From: an uncultured Bdellovibrionales bacterium
GTDB taxonomy: Bacteria; Patescibacteriota; Minisyncoccia; Moranbacterales; GWC2-37-73
Length of the DNA stretch: 64,000 nt
NCBI GenBank assembly: GCA_964484505.1
Contig: CAZAFB010000001.1
Location: forward strand, 9,974-73,973
Direction: 5' to 3'
Shown: positions 45,430 through 55,615 of the stretch, one piece after another
How the letters are laid out: each line of letters starts with the position of its first letter
Numbering within the stretch: the stretch's first letter is position 1
Made by a program: the position numbers and the translations under genes
The notes under the pieces: generated by a model
Database searches by the model: none
The model's input: only the letters and a program-made list of their open reading frames with translations
What the model was told of the DNA's origin: nothing

Positions 45430-45507
45430 AGCCCGGACGATCATGGCCCTGCGAAATATCTGTGAAATCTTTCACTCATATCTTGCCGCCATGTATCGCT
45501 CCGGGCT
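45430..45507. ncRNA. Candidate structured RNA, 78-nt rod-like hairpin
   Basis: AGCCCGGA/TCCGGGCT, CGAT/ATCG, CATGGC/GCCATG, GCGAAATAT/ATATCTTGC, GTGAA/TTCAC stacked stems. Confidence 0.45.
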
Positions 45508-45630
45508 TTACAATAGTTGGCTTGCCAATTAAACTTTTATATGCTAATTTACTTATCCAAAGGTTTGTAACGGTTGGGTAGAAACTTAACAATATTGCAG
45601 CATATTTCAATGAGAGAGGAGGAATTTTGT

Positions 45631-46257
45631 ATGAAAGATGTCTTGAAACACACTGGCCTCTATCCTGTGTTTGCGGAAAATTATGTGCGAAGCTCTGAAT
45701 GGGGATATCCCATTCCCATTCCTATCGGCTATCTCGGTTCCAGAAGAAATGAAATAAGAAAGCGCTATGACGAAAATATTGGAGAAGGAAACTGGCGCGT
45801 GGTTTGGGGTGATAAGCAAAGCAAGAAAATATATGATTTTTACCGCATGTGCGAATACTATCGACGTTCATATTTCGAATTTCTAAAAGAAAGACCTGAT
45901 ATTCTGGAATTTCTCCAACTAAATTGCGCCAACGTTTGCACGTGGGATGATTCGGACCGTTTTGCTGGTTGTAACTATCTGGATCAAAACGGCGAAAAAA
46001 CGCAGCTTCTGGCAATCACCATTAGAAACGTGATGGTTGACCTGAAACTGGAATTCTACGGCCAAGGCATTATCTACTTGATGGGCTCCAGGATGTCTCA
46101 CGAAATATGCAAGGAGTTGCATCCCAAGAAAGTCCCTTTTTGCAAGCCGGAGATGATCTTCTTTCCTCATTATGAGGAAATTGAAAAAGAGCCTTTTTCG
46201 GTCGAAGATTTCTATCAAAACAACCGTTTCTTGCAGATAAGGCGCAGGAAACATTGA
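45631..46257 (+). CDS. Hypothetical protein (208 aa)
   Basis: SD GAGGAGG before ATG 45631; terminator 46271-46303. Confidence 0.75.
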   Translation: MKDVLKHTGLYPVFAENYVRSSEWGYPIPIPIGYLGSRRNEIRKRYDENIGEGNWRVVWGDKQSKKIYDFYRMCEYYRRSYFEFLKERPDILEFLQLNCANVCTWDDSDRFAGCNYLDQNGEKTQLLAITIRNVMVDLKLEFYGQGIIYLMGSRMSHEICKELHPKKVPFCKPEMIFFPHYEEIEKEPFSVEDFYQNNRFLQIRRRKH

Positions 46258-46337
46258 TATGAAAAAATATAAAAACGGTGTGAGTAATATTCTCGCGCCG
46301 TTTTCTTATTTCATTCGAGACATGGTATAATTTAAAA

Positions 46338-47399
46338 ATGCAAAAGAAAAAAATAACGGTCATTATTCTCACAGTTCTGTTGCTTGTTTTTGCAACCTTA
46401 CTTTGGTGGGCGACAAACCAAATAGCTCAGGCCTATTCCGTCGGGATGCTTATTTTGGAATTGATTTCATTATCGTTGGCCTATATTTTTCTCCAGCTTA
46501 TCTCACTTTTCGTGCAAAGAGTCTTTTTTATTGAATGTATCGCGGTATGCGCTTTCGCCGTCAGTATCGTTTTTGCGCCGCATCTTTGGCACACAGTTTT
46601 TGTGGCACTGGCTTCACTGCTGCTTTTGCGCGGCCTTAGCATGATCCGCAAGGACATGCGTCTCAATGTCAAAATAAGTCTTTGGAAATCATTGCATTTG
46701 GGGAAAAACTTGTTGCTTTTTGCTTTTGCCCTGGTACTATCCAGCCAATATTTCTTTGCCGCGGCAAATCACAGCGGAGATGCGCTTATTCCAGGTCTGG
46801 AGGTAGGCAAAATCGGCAGCAAGCTTGTTTTGGAAGCTGTTTCCTATATCAATCCGCAGTACCAAACACTGAAGGAAGAAACTTTGACGGTTGATGATTT
46901 TCTTTTGCAATCATATAACCAGCGGCAGGATGAATATGCAGGACTGGATATCGAAAGTTTTGTTTCGATGCAGTCGGACATACAAAGTTTGCCGCCCGAA
47001 CAGCAGGAGATAATGAAAGATGAATTGAAAAAAAGAATTTCAAATATCAATCGAAGCACTGCGGATTTGCAGAAAGAATTAGCTCTCGAAGGAGGCAGAA
47101 TGGAGTTGGCTAAATTTGCTGGACGCGAAGTTTCCGGTAGCGAAAAAATTTCTCAAGTGTTTTCGAGTGCGATTGAATCGAAAATAAACGAATTCTTCGC
47201 CCCCAATGCCGAAATGCCCCAAAGAGCCAAAGCATATCAATTTATTGTCGCAATAGTTTTTTTTCTTTCCATATTTTCCACAGGCTCACTTTTCTGGTGG
47301 CCATGGACACTTTTAGCGGTAGGTATTTTCCGCTTTTGTGTAAGGCTAAAAGCAATTAGCATCGGTAAAATTCCGGTAGAGATGGAAATAATCGAATAA
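46338..47399 (+). CDS. Polytopic membrane protein with large soluble loop
   Basis: Five N-terminal TMs, helical loop, C-terminal TMs. Confidence 0.75.
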   Translation: MQKKKITVIILTVLLLVFATLLWWATNQIAQAYSVGMLILELISLSLAYIFLQLISLFVQRVFFIECIAVCAFAVSIVFAPHLWHTVFVALASLLLLRGLSMIRKDMRLNVKISLWKSLHLGKNLLLFAFALVLSSQYFFAAANHSGDALIPGLEVGKIGSKLVLEAVSYINPQYQTLKEETLTVDDFLLQSYNQRQDEYAGLDIESFVSMQSDIQSLPPEQQEIMKDELKKRISNINRSTADLQKELALEGGRMELAKFAGREVSGSEKISQVFSSAIESKINEFFAPNAEMPQRAKAYQFIVAIVFFLSIFSTGSLFWWPWTLLAVGIFRFCVRLKAISIGKIPVEMEIIE

Positions 47400-47421
47400 A
47401 ACAAGCGTAGTATTCTAGGAA

Positions 47422-47448
47422 TTAGCACTCAACTGCAGGGATTGCTAA
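47422..47448 (+). promoter_or_regulatory. CIRCE element (HrcA operator) overlapping the dnaJ promoter -35
   Basis: TTAGCACTC-N9-GATTGCTAA, one mismatch to consensus; TTGCTA-17-TATAAT at 47442-47470. Confidence 0.88.
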
Positions 47449-47607
47449 TATTTTACGCATGTTGTATAATCTTGAAGTGCTATCTTAAGTTTTTGGTTCT
47501 ACAAATTACAAATATATACAAATTTACAAATGTATAAAAAACGGCAAGCCCCATTTTTTTATAGTAAATTTGTAATTGATTTATAATTTTGTAGGGACAA
47601 TTTAAAT

Positions 47608-48705
47608 ATGGCTAATGATTACTACAAAACTCTAGGTGTTGATAAAGGAGCTTCTGATGATGAGATCAAAAAAGCTTATCGCAAGCTGGCGCATAAATAT
47701 CATCCGGACAAAACCGGTGGCGATGCTGAGAAATTCAAGGAGATAAACGAGGCCTATCAGGTGCTTTCGGATAAGACCAAAAGGCAACAATATGATCAGT
47801 TTGGACAGACTTTTGAACAATCCGGACGTCAAGGGGGTTTTGGCGGGCAAGGGTTTGGAGGATTTGAAGGCTTCGATTTCTCCGGTTTTCAACAAGGCTT
47901 CGGTGGCCAGGGCTTCGGCGGTTTTGAAGATATCTTTTCCGATATTTTTGGTGGAGGCTCGCGTGGCGACAACCGCAAGACAGGACGAGATATTCAGGTA
48001 GACACCGAAATTTCATTTGAAGAAATGGTGCATGGAACTTCGCGTGAAATCAATCTGCGTCGCCCAGTGGTTTGCAGCAAATGCAAAGGCAGTGGCGCAG
48101 AGCCTGGAACGAGCGAGGAAACTTGCGCCACCTGCAAAGGAAGTGGCAAAGTGAGACGCAATATCCAAAGTTTCTTGGGTTCCATTTCACAAGTGACAAC
48201 ATGCCCCACTTGTCATGGGCGTGGCAAGATTATCAAAGACAAATGCAAAGAATGTGGTGGTGACGGAAGGGTGATGCGCGAAGAAAAAGTGCGCATCGAT
48301 ATTCCTGCGGGAATAGACAATGGACAAACTCTTTCCATGAGCGGTGGCGGGGAAGCAGGTGAACTTGGTGCGCGCAGCGGCGACCTATACGTCACGGTGC
48401 ATGTTTTGCCGCACAAAAGTTTTGTGCGCGAAGGACAAAACATCCGTTCAAACAAGCGCATTTCTTTTTCCAAAGCAACTTTAGGCAGCAAGATTGATGT
48501 GGAAACGATTGATGGTCATGTGAGCATGAAAGTGCCTTCGGGCACACAATCCGGTGAAGTGTTCCGCATCAAAGGTAAAGGCGTTCCCGTACTTGGGCGT
48601 AGTGGTCGCGGTGATCATCTTGTTAAAATAATCGTGGATGTGCCCAAGAATATTTCTCGTGCCCAGAGAAAAATTATAGAGGATTTAGAAAAAGAGGGCC
48701 TATAA
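47608..48705 (+). CDS. dnaJ: Chaperone DnaJ
   Basis: J domain HPD, G/F region, four CxxCxGxG repeats. Confidence 0.97.
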   Translation: MANDYYKTLGVDKGASDDEIKKAYRKLAHKYHPDKTGGDAEKFKEINEAYQVLSDKTKRQQYDQFGQTFEQSGRQGGFGGQGFGGFEGFDFSGFQQGFGGQGFGGFEDIFSDIFGGGSRGDNRKTGRDIQVDTEISFEEMVHGTSREINLRRPVVCSKCKGSGAEPGTSEETCATCKGSGKVRRNIQSFLGSISQVTTCPTCHGRGKIIKDKCKECGGDGRVMREEKVRIDIPAGIDNGQTLSMSGGGEAGELGARSGDLYVTVHVLPHKSFVREGQNIRSNKRISFSKATLGSKIDVETIDGHVSMKVPSGTQSGEVFRIKGKGVPVLGRSGRGDHLVKIIVDVPKNISRAQRKIIEDLEKEGL

Positions 48706-48732
48706 ACAAAAGCTTTTGGTGATGATATGGCG

Positions 48733-48766
48733 AAATCCCAGACATTCAATGTCTAGGATTTTTTTT
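48733..48766 (+). terminator. dnaJ terminator
   Basis: AAATCCcAGACAT-tca-ATGTCTaGGATTT followed by T tract. Confidence 0.7.
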
Positions 48767-48819
48767 ATTTTTCTAATGGTGTATAATGAAAAGAGGTAAA
48801 AAGCCAAAATTAACGCTAT

Positions 48820-50886
48820 ATGGAAACAAAAAAAGATATAAAAAGATTGTTTGCGCCCAAGTCAATCGCAATTGTTGGGGCTTCGGATAAACCTGGAAAA
48901 GTAGGAACAGTAATCGCGCAAAACATCTCTCAACTTGGGTTTAAGGGAAAAATATTTTATGTAAATCAAGCAAATCAGGAGTTATACGGTCAGAAATGTT
49001 ATGCGGCGCTATCCGATATAGAAGAATCTGTCGATCTTGCCATCATCGCAGTGCCGGCGCAATTTGTTGTCGATGTTGTGCGCAATGCTGCTGATAAAAT
49101 AAAAAATTACGTTGTAATTTCGGCAGGTTTTTCAGAGATAGGCGAAGAGGGAAAGAGCAGGGAGGAAGAATTGCATTCCATGGCTGACGAAAAAGGACTG
49201 AATATTTTGGGACCGAATTGTCTCGGCTTTATTGTTCCAGGTTTGAAGCTCAACGCTTCTTTCGCCGGTGGCATGCCTGAAACCGGTAATATTTCATTCG
49301 TTTCCCAATCAGGCGCGCTGGCTGTGGCCATGATGGATATTGCCAAAAAGGAAAATTTGCGTTTCTCTAGCATTATTTCCGTCGGAAATAAGATGCAATT
49401 GAGCGAGATAGATTTGCTTGATTATTTGGTTCAAGATAAAAATACCAAAGTGATTGGTATGTATTTGGAAGGAATAAAAGAAGGTATTGGATTTATTGAA
49501 GCGGCACAGTTTGTTTCAAGCACAAAACCGATCGTGGTTCTCAAGGCCGGCAAAACGGACAAATCTCAAAAAGCGATCTCTTCACATACTGGTGCGCTGG
49601 CGGGAAGTGATGAGATTTTTTCTGTAGCCTGCAAAAAAGCAGGTGTGATCAGGGCCAATGATCTTGACGAATTCTTTTCACTGCTCAAATTATTTTCTTC
49701 AGTCGATTCGCCAAAAAACGAAAAAGTCGCAGTTTTGACTAATGCCGGCGGTGCAGGCGTACTTACGTCGGACGCCTTCAAAGGAAAGGTCGTTAAACTT
49801 GCCGATATTTCTGCGGACACAAAAGAAAAACTCAGAGCTATTCTTCCGGCGGAATCTTCTGTGGAAAACCCGATTGATGTTTTGGGCGATGCGAAAGAAG
49901 ATCGTTATGGGAAGGCATTACAAAGTTTGGAAGATGAGGATCTGGGAACTATTATCTGCGTACTTACCCCGCAGCAGCAAACTCCTGTGGAAGCTATAGC
50001 GGATGAAATAATTGAGTATGCAAAAAAAACTAACAAAACTATTGTCACTTTGTTCATTGGCGGAGAAAGAATCGAATCATCAGTTTTGAAATTGCAAGCC
50101 GCAGGCGTGCCCAATTTTTCCTATCCGGAGCAGACGGTTAACGCGCTGGCAAGCTATTTCCAATGGAAAAACTCAGCTCATTTCGCTCCCGGGTCTTTTG
50201 AGATGGATGATGATCGTCGAGGAAAAATTGGTGAGATGATCAAAGAAGCAAAGGAGGCGAGGAAGAAAGCGTTGCTCTATACGCAAGCAGTTAAAGTAAT
50301 GAAAAGCTATGGCATCAAATCGGTCCCATGTATCGTTTTGGGAAATGCCAAAGAAATTCCGGAGGACATGGAATATCCGGTAGTGGTCAAGGTCGACAGT
50401 GATACCGTTTTGCACAAAACCGACAAGCAGGGCCTTATTTTAGGAATAAAAGACAGAGAAGGCTTGGCGGCGGCTATTGCCAAGTTGCAAGATAATTTCC
50501 CGGGAGAGCAAATAATCGCTCAGCCGATGCGCAATAAATTTGCAGAAATTATTCTTGGTATAAAACGTGACAGCATCTTCGGACCGGTTGTTGTTTACGG
50601 TCTGGGCGGTATCTATACGGAAGTTTTCAAAATGGTTGATTTTATCATTCCTCCCATGACTGTGGAACAGATAATTGCAAACATCAAAGAGAGCAAGGTC
50701 GCTTTCCTGTTTGAATCGGTGCGCGGCCAGAAACCTTGCGATATAGAATCGTTTGCGCAGACATTGGAGGCTTTGGGTAGGTTTGCTTTGGAAAATGAAA
50801 ATTTTGCCGAGTTTGATATCAACCCTTTGTTTATCTATAATGACGACAGAGAACCAATAGCCGTTGATATAAAGATAATCTTTTGA
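48820..50886 (+). CDS. ADP-forming acetate--CoA ligase, fused alpha/beta
   Basis: IAIVGAS, GPNCLG, SQSGA, SSHTGALAG, TNAGG, HKTD, DINP. Confidence 0.9.
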   Translation: METKKDIKRLFAPKSIAIVGASDKPGKVGTVIAQNISQLGFKGKIFYVNQANQELYGQKCYAALSDIEESVDLAIIAVPAQFVVDVVRNAADKIKNYVVISAGFSEIGEEGKSREEELHSMADEKGLNILGPNCLGFIVPGLKLNASFAGGMPETGNISFVSQSGALAVAMMDIAKKENLRFSSIISVGNKMQLSEIDLLDYLVQDKNTKVIGMYLEGIKEGIGFIEAAQFVSSTKPIVVLKAGKTDKSQKAISSHTGALAGSDEIFSVACKKAGVIRANDLDEFFSLLKLFSSVDSPKNEKVAVLTNAGGAGVLTSDAFKGKVVKLADISADTKEKLRAILPAESSVENPIDVLGDAKEDRYGKALQSLEDEDLGTIICVLTPQQQTPVEAIADEIIEYAKKTNKTIVTLFIGGERIESSVLKLQAAGVPNFSYPEQTVNALASYFQWKNSAHFAPGSFEMDDDRRGKIGEMIKEAKEARKKALLYTQAVKVMKSYGIKSVPCIVLGNAKEIPEDMEYPVVVKVDSDTVLHKTDKQGLILGIKDREGLAAAIAKLQDNFPGEQIIAQPMRNKFAEIILGIKRDSIFGPVVVYGLGGIYTEVFKMVDFIIPPMTVEQIIANIKESKVAFLFESVRGQKPCDIESFAQTLEALGRFALENENFAEFDINPLFIYNDDREPIAVDIKIIF

Positions 50887-50978
50887 TTTTTACGAACTAC
50901 TAATTAATACTAAATACGAAAATGTAGGAAAAAACAAAATACGCTATAGCTATTTTTTCGTATTTCGTAAAAAAAATT

Positions 50979-51551
50979 ATGGATAAATCAAAAATTCTTA
51001 TTGTTGAAGACGATGTGCCAACTCGAAGCATGTATGCGGAAGTTTTTCAAGCGGCCGACTATCAAGTGCTTGAGGCAAATGACGGTGTTGAGGGATTGGA
51101 CATAGCAACGCGTGAGCTTCCGGATGTTATATTCACCGGCATCATCATGCCCAGAATGGACGGATTTGAAATGATGGAAGCGCTGCAAAAAACCGTTACT
51201 ACGTCAAAAATTCCCGTGGTGATCTGCTCGCATATGGGCAGGGAAATGGATCAACAAAGAGCTAATCAGCTGGGAGCGAAGGATTTTATCGTTCGTGGAA
51301 TCGTTACGCCTGCTGAAACCGTGCAAAGAATAAGCGCCCTGCTTGTGCAAAGCGGCGATATTTTTAAGATAGTTTTTGATCCACTCGCGGGGGATGCTCC
51401 CAAATTAGCTAGTGATTTGAAATTTGCCCAAAACTATCAGTGTCTTAATTGCGGCGAAAAAATGATTTTACAACTCAAATTGAAAGAAGCCAAAGAGCGT
51501 TTGTTTGAGGCAAAATTCGTTTGTCCTAATTGTGGCAAGGAAGCGAAGTAG
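50979..51551 (+). CDS. Atypical receiver-domain protein with C-terminal Zn-ribbon-like domain
   Basis: ILIVEDD, PDVIFTGIIMP (no phospho-Asp), CLNCG and CPNCG. Confidence 0.82.
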   Translation: MDKSKILIVEDDVPTRSMYAEVFQAADYQVLEANDGVEGLDIATRELPDVIFTGIIMPRMDGFEMMEALQKTVTTSKIPVVICSHMGREMDQQRANQLGAKDFIVRGIVTPAETVQRISALLVQSGDIFKIVFDPLAGDAPKLASDLKFAQNYQCLNCGEKMILQLKLKEAKERLFEAKFVCPNCGKEAK

Positions 51552-51610
51552 GATACTCAGATGACATTAATAAAAATTTGAATGACTCGAATGAAATTCA
51601 GAAATAACGT

Positions 51611-53326
51611 ATGGCCAAGTGGACTGTTAAGGATATGAAAACCGAAAAAAATAATCTTGCGGATGCGCGCCTAATGCATCCGGTTTTGGTGCGTATTTTG
51701 GGAGGAAGAAATATTATATCCCGTGATGAAGTGGAATCTTTTCTGAATCCTGATTATTCTTTACATATGCACGACCCGTTTATTTTTTCGCAGATGGAGA
51801 AAGTAATGGAGCGAATAAAGACAGCCAAGGAAAGGAAAGAGACGGTGGCCATTTTCGGCGACTATGACGCGGATGGCATCACTTCCACCATAATTTTACG
51901 CGAAACTCTCGAACAATTGAACTTGAAATGCATTATATATATTCCCGACAAAAAAGTTGAGGGATATGGCTTGAATATTGCAGCTATCGAATATTTCAAA
52001 GAGCAGGGCGCGGAGCTTATCTTCACGGTAGACTGCGGCATAACAAGCATCGAGCAGGTTTCGTATGCGAAAAAAAATGGATTGGAAACGATAGTTATCG
52101 ATCACCACCAGGTTCAGGAAAAACTGCCGGAAGCCTTTGCCATAATCAATCCCCACATGAAGGATTGTGGATACCCTTTTGCGCAATTGGCTGGCGTCGG
52201 CGTGACTTTTAAGGTGGTACAAGCGATCTATCAGCGGTTCATGCCGGAAAAATCAGATCAAACGAAATGGCTTTTGGATCTGGTAGCGATCGGAACGATT
52301 GCTGACTGCGTTCCTTTAATCAACGAAAACCGGGTGATTGCCAAATATGGCTTAATAGTGCTTTCCAAGACGCGTCGCATCGGTATTCGCGAACTTTGCA
52401 AAGTGGGCAGGATTGATTTTGAATCTCTCGAAGCGCAATCTGATGCCCAAAAAGTTTCTTTCTATATCGCACCACGTATCAATGCTGCCGGCAGAATCGA
52501 TCATGCAAATACCGCCTATGAATTGCTTTCCACAACTGACGAAATCACTTCTCGCGATCGTGCGTTGGAAATAGAAGGACATAATCAACAACGGCAAAAA
52601 ATAACTGAGCAAGTCACACAAGAGGTGCGCGTGGTAGCTCAGAATTTATATAAAGACAAGCCGCTGGTTTTTGGTATCGGAGAACATTTTCCGGCCGGCA
52701 TAGTGGGACTTGTGGCTGGTAAAATAACGTCAGAGTATAATAAGCCGGCAGTAATTTTGCAAAAAGGAGAAAAAGAAAGCAAAGGATCGTTGCGCAGTAT
52801 TCCGTTGGTGAACATAGTTGATGTTTTAACGCGTTGCAGTGATTTGTTGCTTAAGTTCGGTGGCCATGCGCAAGCGGCCGGCATAACCATAGCCAATGAT
52901 AAATTGGACGCTTTTCATGACAGATTGCTTAAAATAGTCGAAAAGATGGTCGATGGCGTTGATATTTCTCCGGAAATACATATTGATACGGAAGTAAGTT
53001 CCGCTGAGATTGATTTTGAGTTGCTCGCCGGCCTGGAGAAAATGCGGCCTTTTGGCGAAGGTAATCCCGAGCCCGTTTTACTTATGAAAGATTTATTAGT
53101 TGATGAAGCTCGCATTGTCGGTAATGGGCAAAAGCACTATAAATTGAAGTTACGTGCCGAGGATAGCCCGAAAATATTCGATGCAATTTGCTGGAAAGGC
53201 GTGGAAAAATATGGCGCACTTGCCGCAGGCACAGTGGTTGATGTTATTTTTACGCTGCAGAAGGATGAGTGGAATGGGAATAGGAAGATACAGATGAATG
53301 TTGTTGATGTTAAAGTAAAAAATTAG
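51611..53326 (+). CDS. recJ: Single-stranded DNA exonuclease RecJ
   Basis: GDYDADG, TVDCG, IDHH, PRINAAGR, GGHAQAAG, PFGEGNPEP. Confidence 0.96.
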   Translation: MAKWTVKDMKTEKNNLADARLMHPVLVRILGGRNIISRDEVESFLNPDYSLHMHDPFIFSQMEKVMERIKTAKERKETVAIFGDYDADGITSTIILRETLEQLNLKCIIYIPDKKVEGYGLNIAAIEYFKEQGAELIFTVDCGITSIEQVSYAKKNGLETIVIDHHQVQEKLPEAFAIINPHMKDCGYPFAQLAGVGVTFKVVQAIYQRFMPEKSDQTKWLLDLVAIGTIADCVPLINENRVIAKYGLIVLSKTRRIGIRELCKVGRIDFESLEAQSDAQKVSFYIAPRINAAGRIDHANTAYELLSTTDEITSRDRALEIEGHNQQRQKITEQVTQEVRVVAQNLYKDKPLVFGIGEHFPAGIVGLVAGKITSEYNKPAVILQKGEKESKGSLRSIPLVNIVDVLTRCSDLLLKFGGHAQAAGITIANDKLDAFHDRLLKIVEKMVDGVDISPEIHIDTEVSSAEIDFELLAGLEKMRPFGEGNPEPVLLMKDLLVDEARIVGNGQKHYKLKLRAEDSPKIFDAICWKGVEKYGALAAGTVVDVIFTLQKDEWNGNRKIQMNVVDVKVKN

Positions 53327-53444
53327 TTTTTTTGGATATTTCAATTTATTTCGCAAAGCTTATTTCAATATATTTCGACAAAAATAGAAATATATTGAGA
53401 TACATGGAGATACATTGAGATAAATTGTAATTAGGGGTAAAGAA

Positions 53445-54590
53445 ATGAAGATTGCATTAGTCCATGATTATCTCGTCCAATATGGTGGGGCCGAAAGGGT
53501 GCTCGAGTGTTTTGCCGAGCTTTTTCCCTATGCACCGATATATACTTTGGTTTATGACAAGGATGCAATGCATGGTGTTTTTGAAAATCGCAAAATCCAT
53601 ACTTCTTTTCTGCAGAATTTGCCGTTTGCCAAAAAACGCCACCGGCTTTTTCCGTTACTTATGCCGTTGGCAATCGAACAATTTGACTTTTCCCAATATG
53701 ACATCGTGCTTTCCGATTCGTCCAGCTTTGCCAAAGGTATCATAACCAAGCCAGGCACGCTGCACATTTGTTATATGCACACCCCGATGCGCTATGCTTG
53801 GGATGATTGTCAAAAATATACCCAAGATTTTTATTTCCCCAGATTCATCAAGCGCGCGGTGCCTTTTGCAATGAACTATTTGCGCGTTTGGGACCGGGTC
53901 AGTGCCGACCGCATAGATTGCCTGATAGCAAATTCGCAGTTTGTTGCCAATCGTATCAGTAAATATTACCGAAAAGAATCCGCAGTTATTCATCCGCCAG
54001 TAACGTTGGAAAAATTCCGTTTAGGTAAATTTTTATCCGGTGAAAAAGAGAAGTATTATTTGATGGTTGGAAGACTCATCGCATACAAGCGAAACGATAT
54101 TGCCATAGAAGCTTTTAACAGATTGAAATTGCCGCTTAAGATTATCGGCCGTGGGCCGGAAATGAAAAGATTAAAAAAAATGGCCGGGCCGACAATTGAA
54201 TTTTTAGGCAGAGTCGATGATGATAAATTAGCCCAATATTACAGTAATTGTAAGGCGTTTATTTTTCCTCAGGAAGAAGATTTCGGTATTGTGGCGGTTG
54301 AAGCGCTCGCTTCCGGCAGGCCATTGGTTGCTTATCGGGGCGGCGATATTCCTGAGCACATGGAGGAAGGGAAGATGGGCGTGTTGTTCGATAGTCAAAC
54401 ATCGGAAGATATTGTCAAGGCAGTGAAAAAAATAGAAAAGATGGAATTCGATTCCCAATATATCAGAGATAAGGTTCTTAAGTTTGACAAAGAGATATTT
54501 AAGACTAAAATAAAAGACTACGTTGAGAGGGCAGTAAGAGAACATAAATCAGTAAACAGCGATCAAAGAACAAAGATCAAAGAACAATAA
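53445..54590 (+). CDS. Glycosyltransferase family 4
   Basis: HDYLVQYGGAERV, HTPMRYAW, EEDFGIVAVEA. Confidence 0.92.
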   Translation: MKIALVHDYLVQYGGAERVLECFAELFPYAPIYTLVYDKDAMHGVFENRKIHTSFLQNLPFAKKRHRLFPLLMPLAIEQFDFSQYDIVLSDSSSFAKGIITKPGTLHICYMHTPMRYAWDDCQKYTQDFYFPRFIKRAVPFAMNYLRVWDRVSADRIDCLIANSQFVANRISKYYRKESAVIHPPVTLEKFRLGKFLSGEKEKYYLMVGRLIAYKRNDIAIEAFNRLKLPLKIIGRGPEMKRLKKMAGPTIEFLGRVDDDKLAQYYSNCKAFIFPQEEDFGIVAVEALASGRPLVAYRGGDIPEHMEEGKMGVLFDSQTSEDIVKAVKKIEKMEFDSQYIRDKVLKFDKEIFKTKIKDYVERAVREHKSVNSDQRTKIKEQ

Positions 54591-54608
54591 ATTTTTTCAA
54601 TAGAATAT

Positions 54609-55199
54609 ATGGAACTAAAGGAGCTGGTTAAGATTTTTTGGAAATATCGCATGACTTTCGTTTTGGTGACTTTGCTGACGGTTGCGGTCGCTTTTGCGTG
54701 GAGTTTGCTTTTGCCAAAAAATTATGCCGCGTCGCTCATGCTCAACGTGACGCGCACCGCTGCGCAGCAAACCAGCGAATATACCTATGATGATTTCTAT
54801 CGCCTACAAGCTGACGAGCGCTACGCGGACACGATCGTGAGGTGGCTGGGTGATCCGCGTGTGATTGCGGATATCTATTCTTCCGCAAAAGTTTCCCTAC
54901 ATCCGAGTGAATCGCTTGGCGCTAAGCGACTTTCCTCGCAAATGATCAGTGTCACGTTCGTTTCGCCGACAGTGGAAGCCGCCAAAAAAACGGCAAGTTC
55001 CATTGTTGATGTTTTGAACAAGCAAACGGAAGAACTTAACAAGCGACAAAAACAAGAAAATTGGTTCTATATCTTGGGTAGCGAGCCGGTCATCACAGTC
55101 GCCGGCTGGCCCTGGCCCAAACTTCTTCTCGCCTCACTTCTTTTTGGCATATTTCTCTCATTCTGGACCGTTCTCGGAAGACACTACTTCGAGAAATAA
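54609..55199 (+). CDS. Wzz/CapA-like chain-length determinant membrane protein
   Basis: Two terminal TMs, P.NYAAS motif after TM1; glycan-cluster context. Confidence 0.65.
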   Translation: MELKELVKIFWKYRMTFVLVTLLTVAVAFAWSLLLPKNYAASLMLNVTRTAAQQTSEYTYDDFYRLQADERYADTIVRWLGDPRVIADIYSSAKVSLHPSESLGAKRLSSQMISVTFVSPTVEAAKKTASSIVDVLNKQTEELNKRQKQENWFYILGSEPVITVAGWPWPKLLLASLLFGIFLSFWTVLGRHYFEK

Positions 55200-55233
55200 A
55201 AAAACCGCAAGGTTTTTGCGGTGCTGCTTTAAT

Positions 55234-55416
55234 TTAGAGCTTCTTTTTTCTGATTAAATCGAGGGCAATTTTGGCACCCTTTTTAACCAGGTCCTCTGAA
55301 AAAAATAGGGTAATTTGTTTGGAAAAAACATCTTTCTCAAATCCTAATGTTTTTCCATCATCTCCTCGGGTTAAAAATATTTTTAACCCAAATTTTTCTT
55401 CTTTTTTTCTGGACAT
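55234..55416 (-). CDS. 60-aa basic hypothetical protein
   Basis: SD AAGGAGG before ATG 55416; promoter TTGACT-17-TATAAT at 55516-55488. Confidence 0.65.
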   Translation of the reverse strand: MSRKKEEKFGLKIFLTRGDDGKTLGFEKDVFSKQITLFFSEDLVKKGAKIALDLIRKKKL

Positions 55417-55615
55417 GTTCTCCTCCTTTTTTGAGATAGGCCTTTTAAAGGCCTCTTCCAACTTCAGTTTTCAGGTACTTAGGCTTAATTATACTCCTTT
55501 TTTGGCAAAAAGTCAAGGGTTGGCGGATGGAGACAAAAGGCGTATGATTAAAGACTATATAATCGGTTAAGTTAAATGGTTATAAAACCCGTGTGGTTTG
55601 GGGGTTAATACTGGC

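Noticed and set aside
48741-48753. GACAT-N3-ATGTC as an operator co-regulating acetate-CoA ligase with por
   Set aside because: This copy is the apex of the dnaJ terminator hairpin, which explains its symmetry
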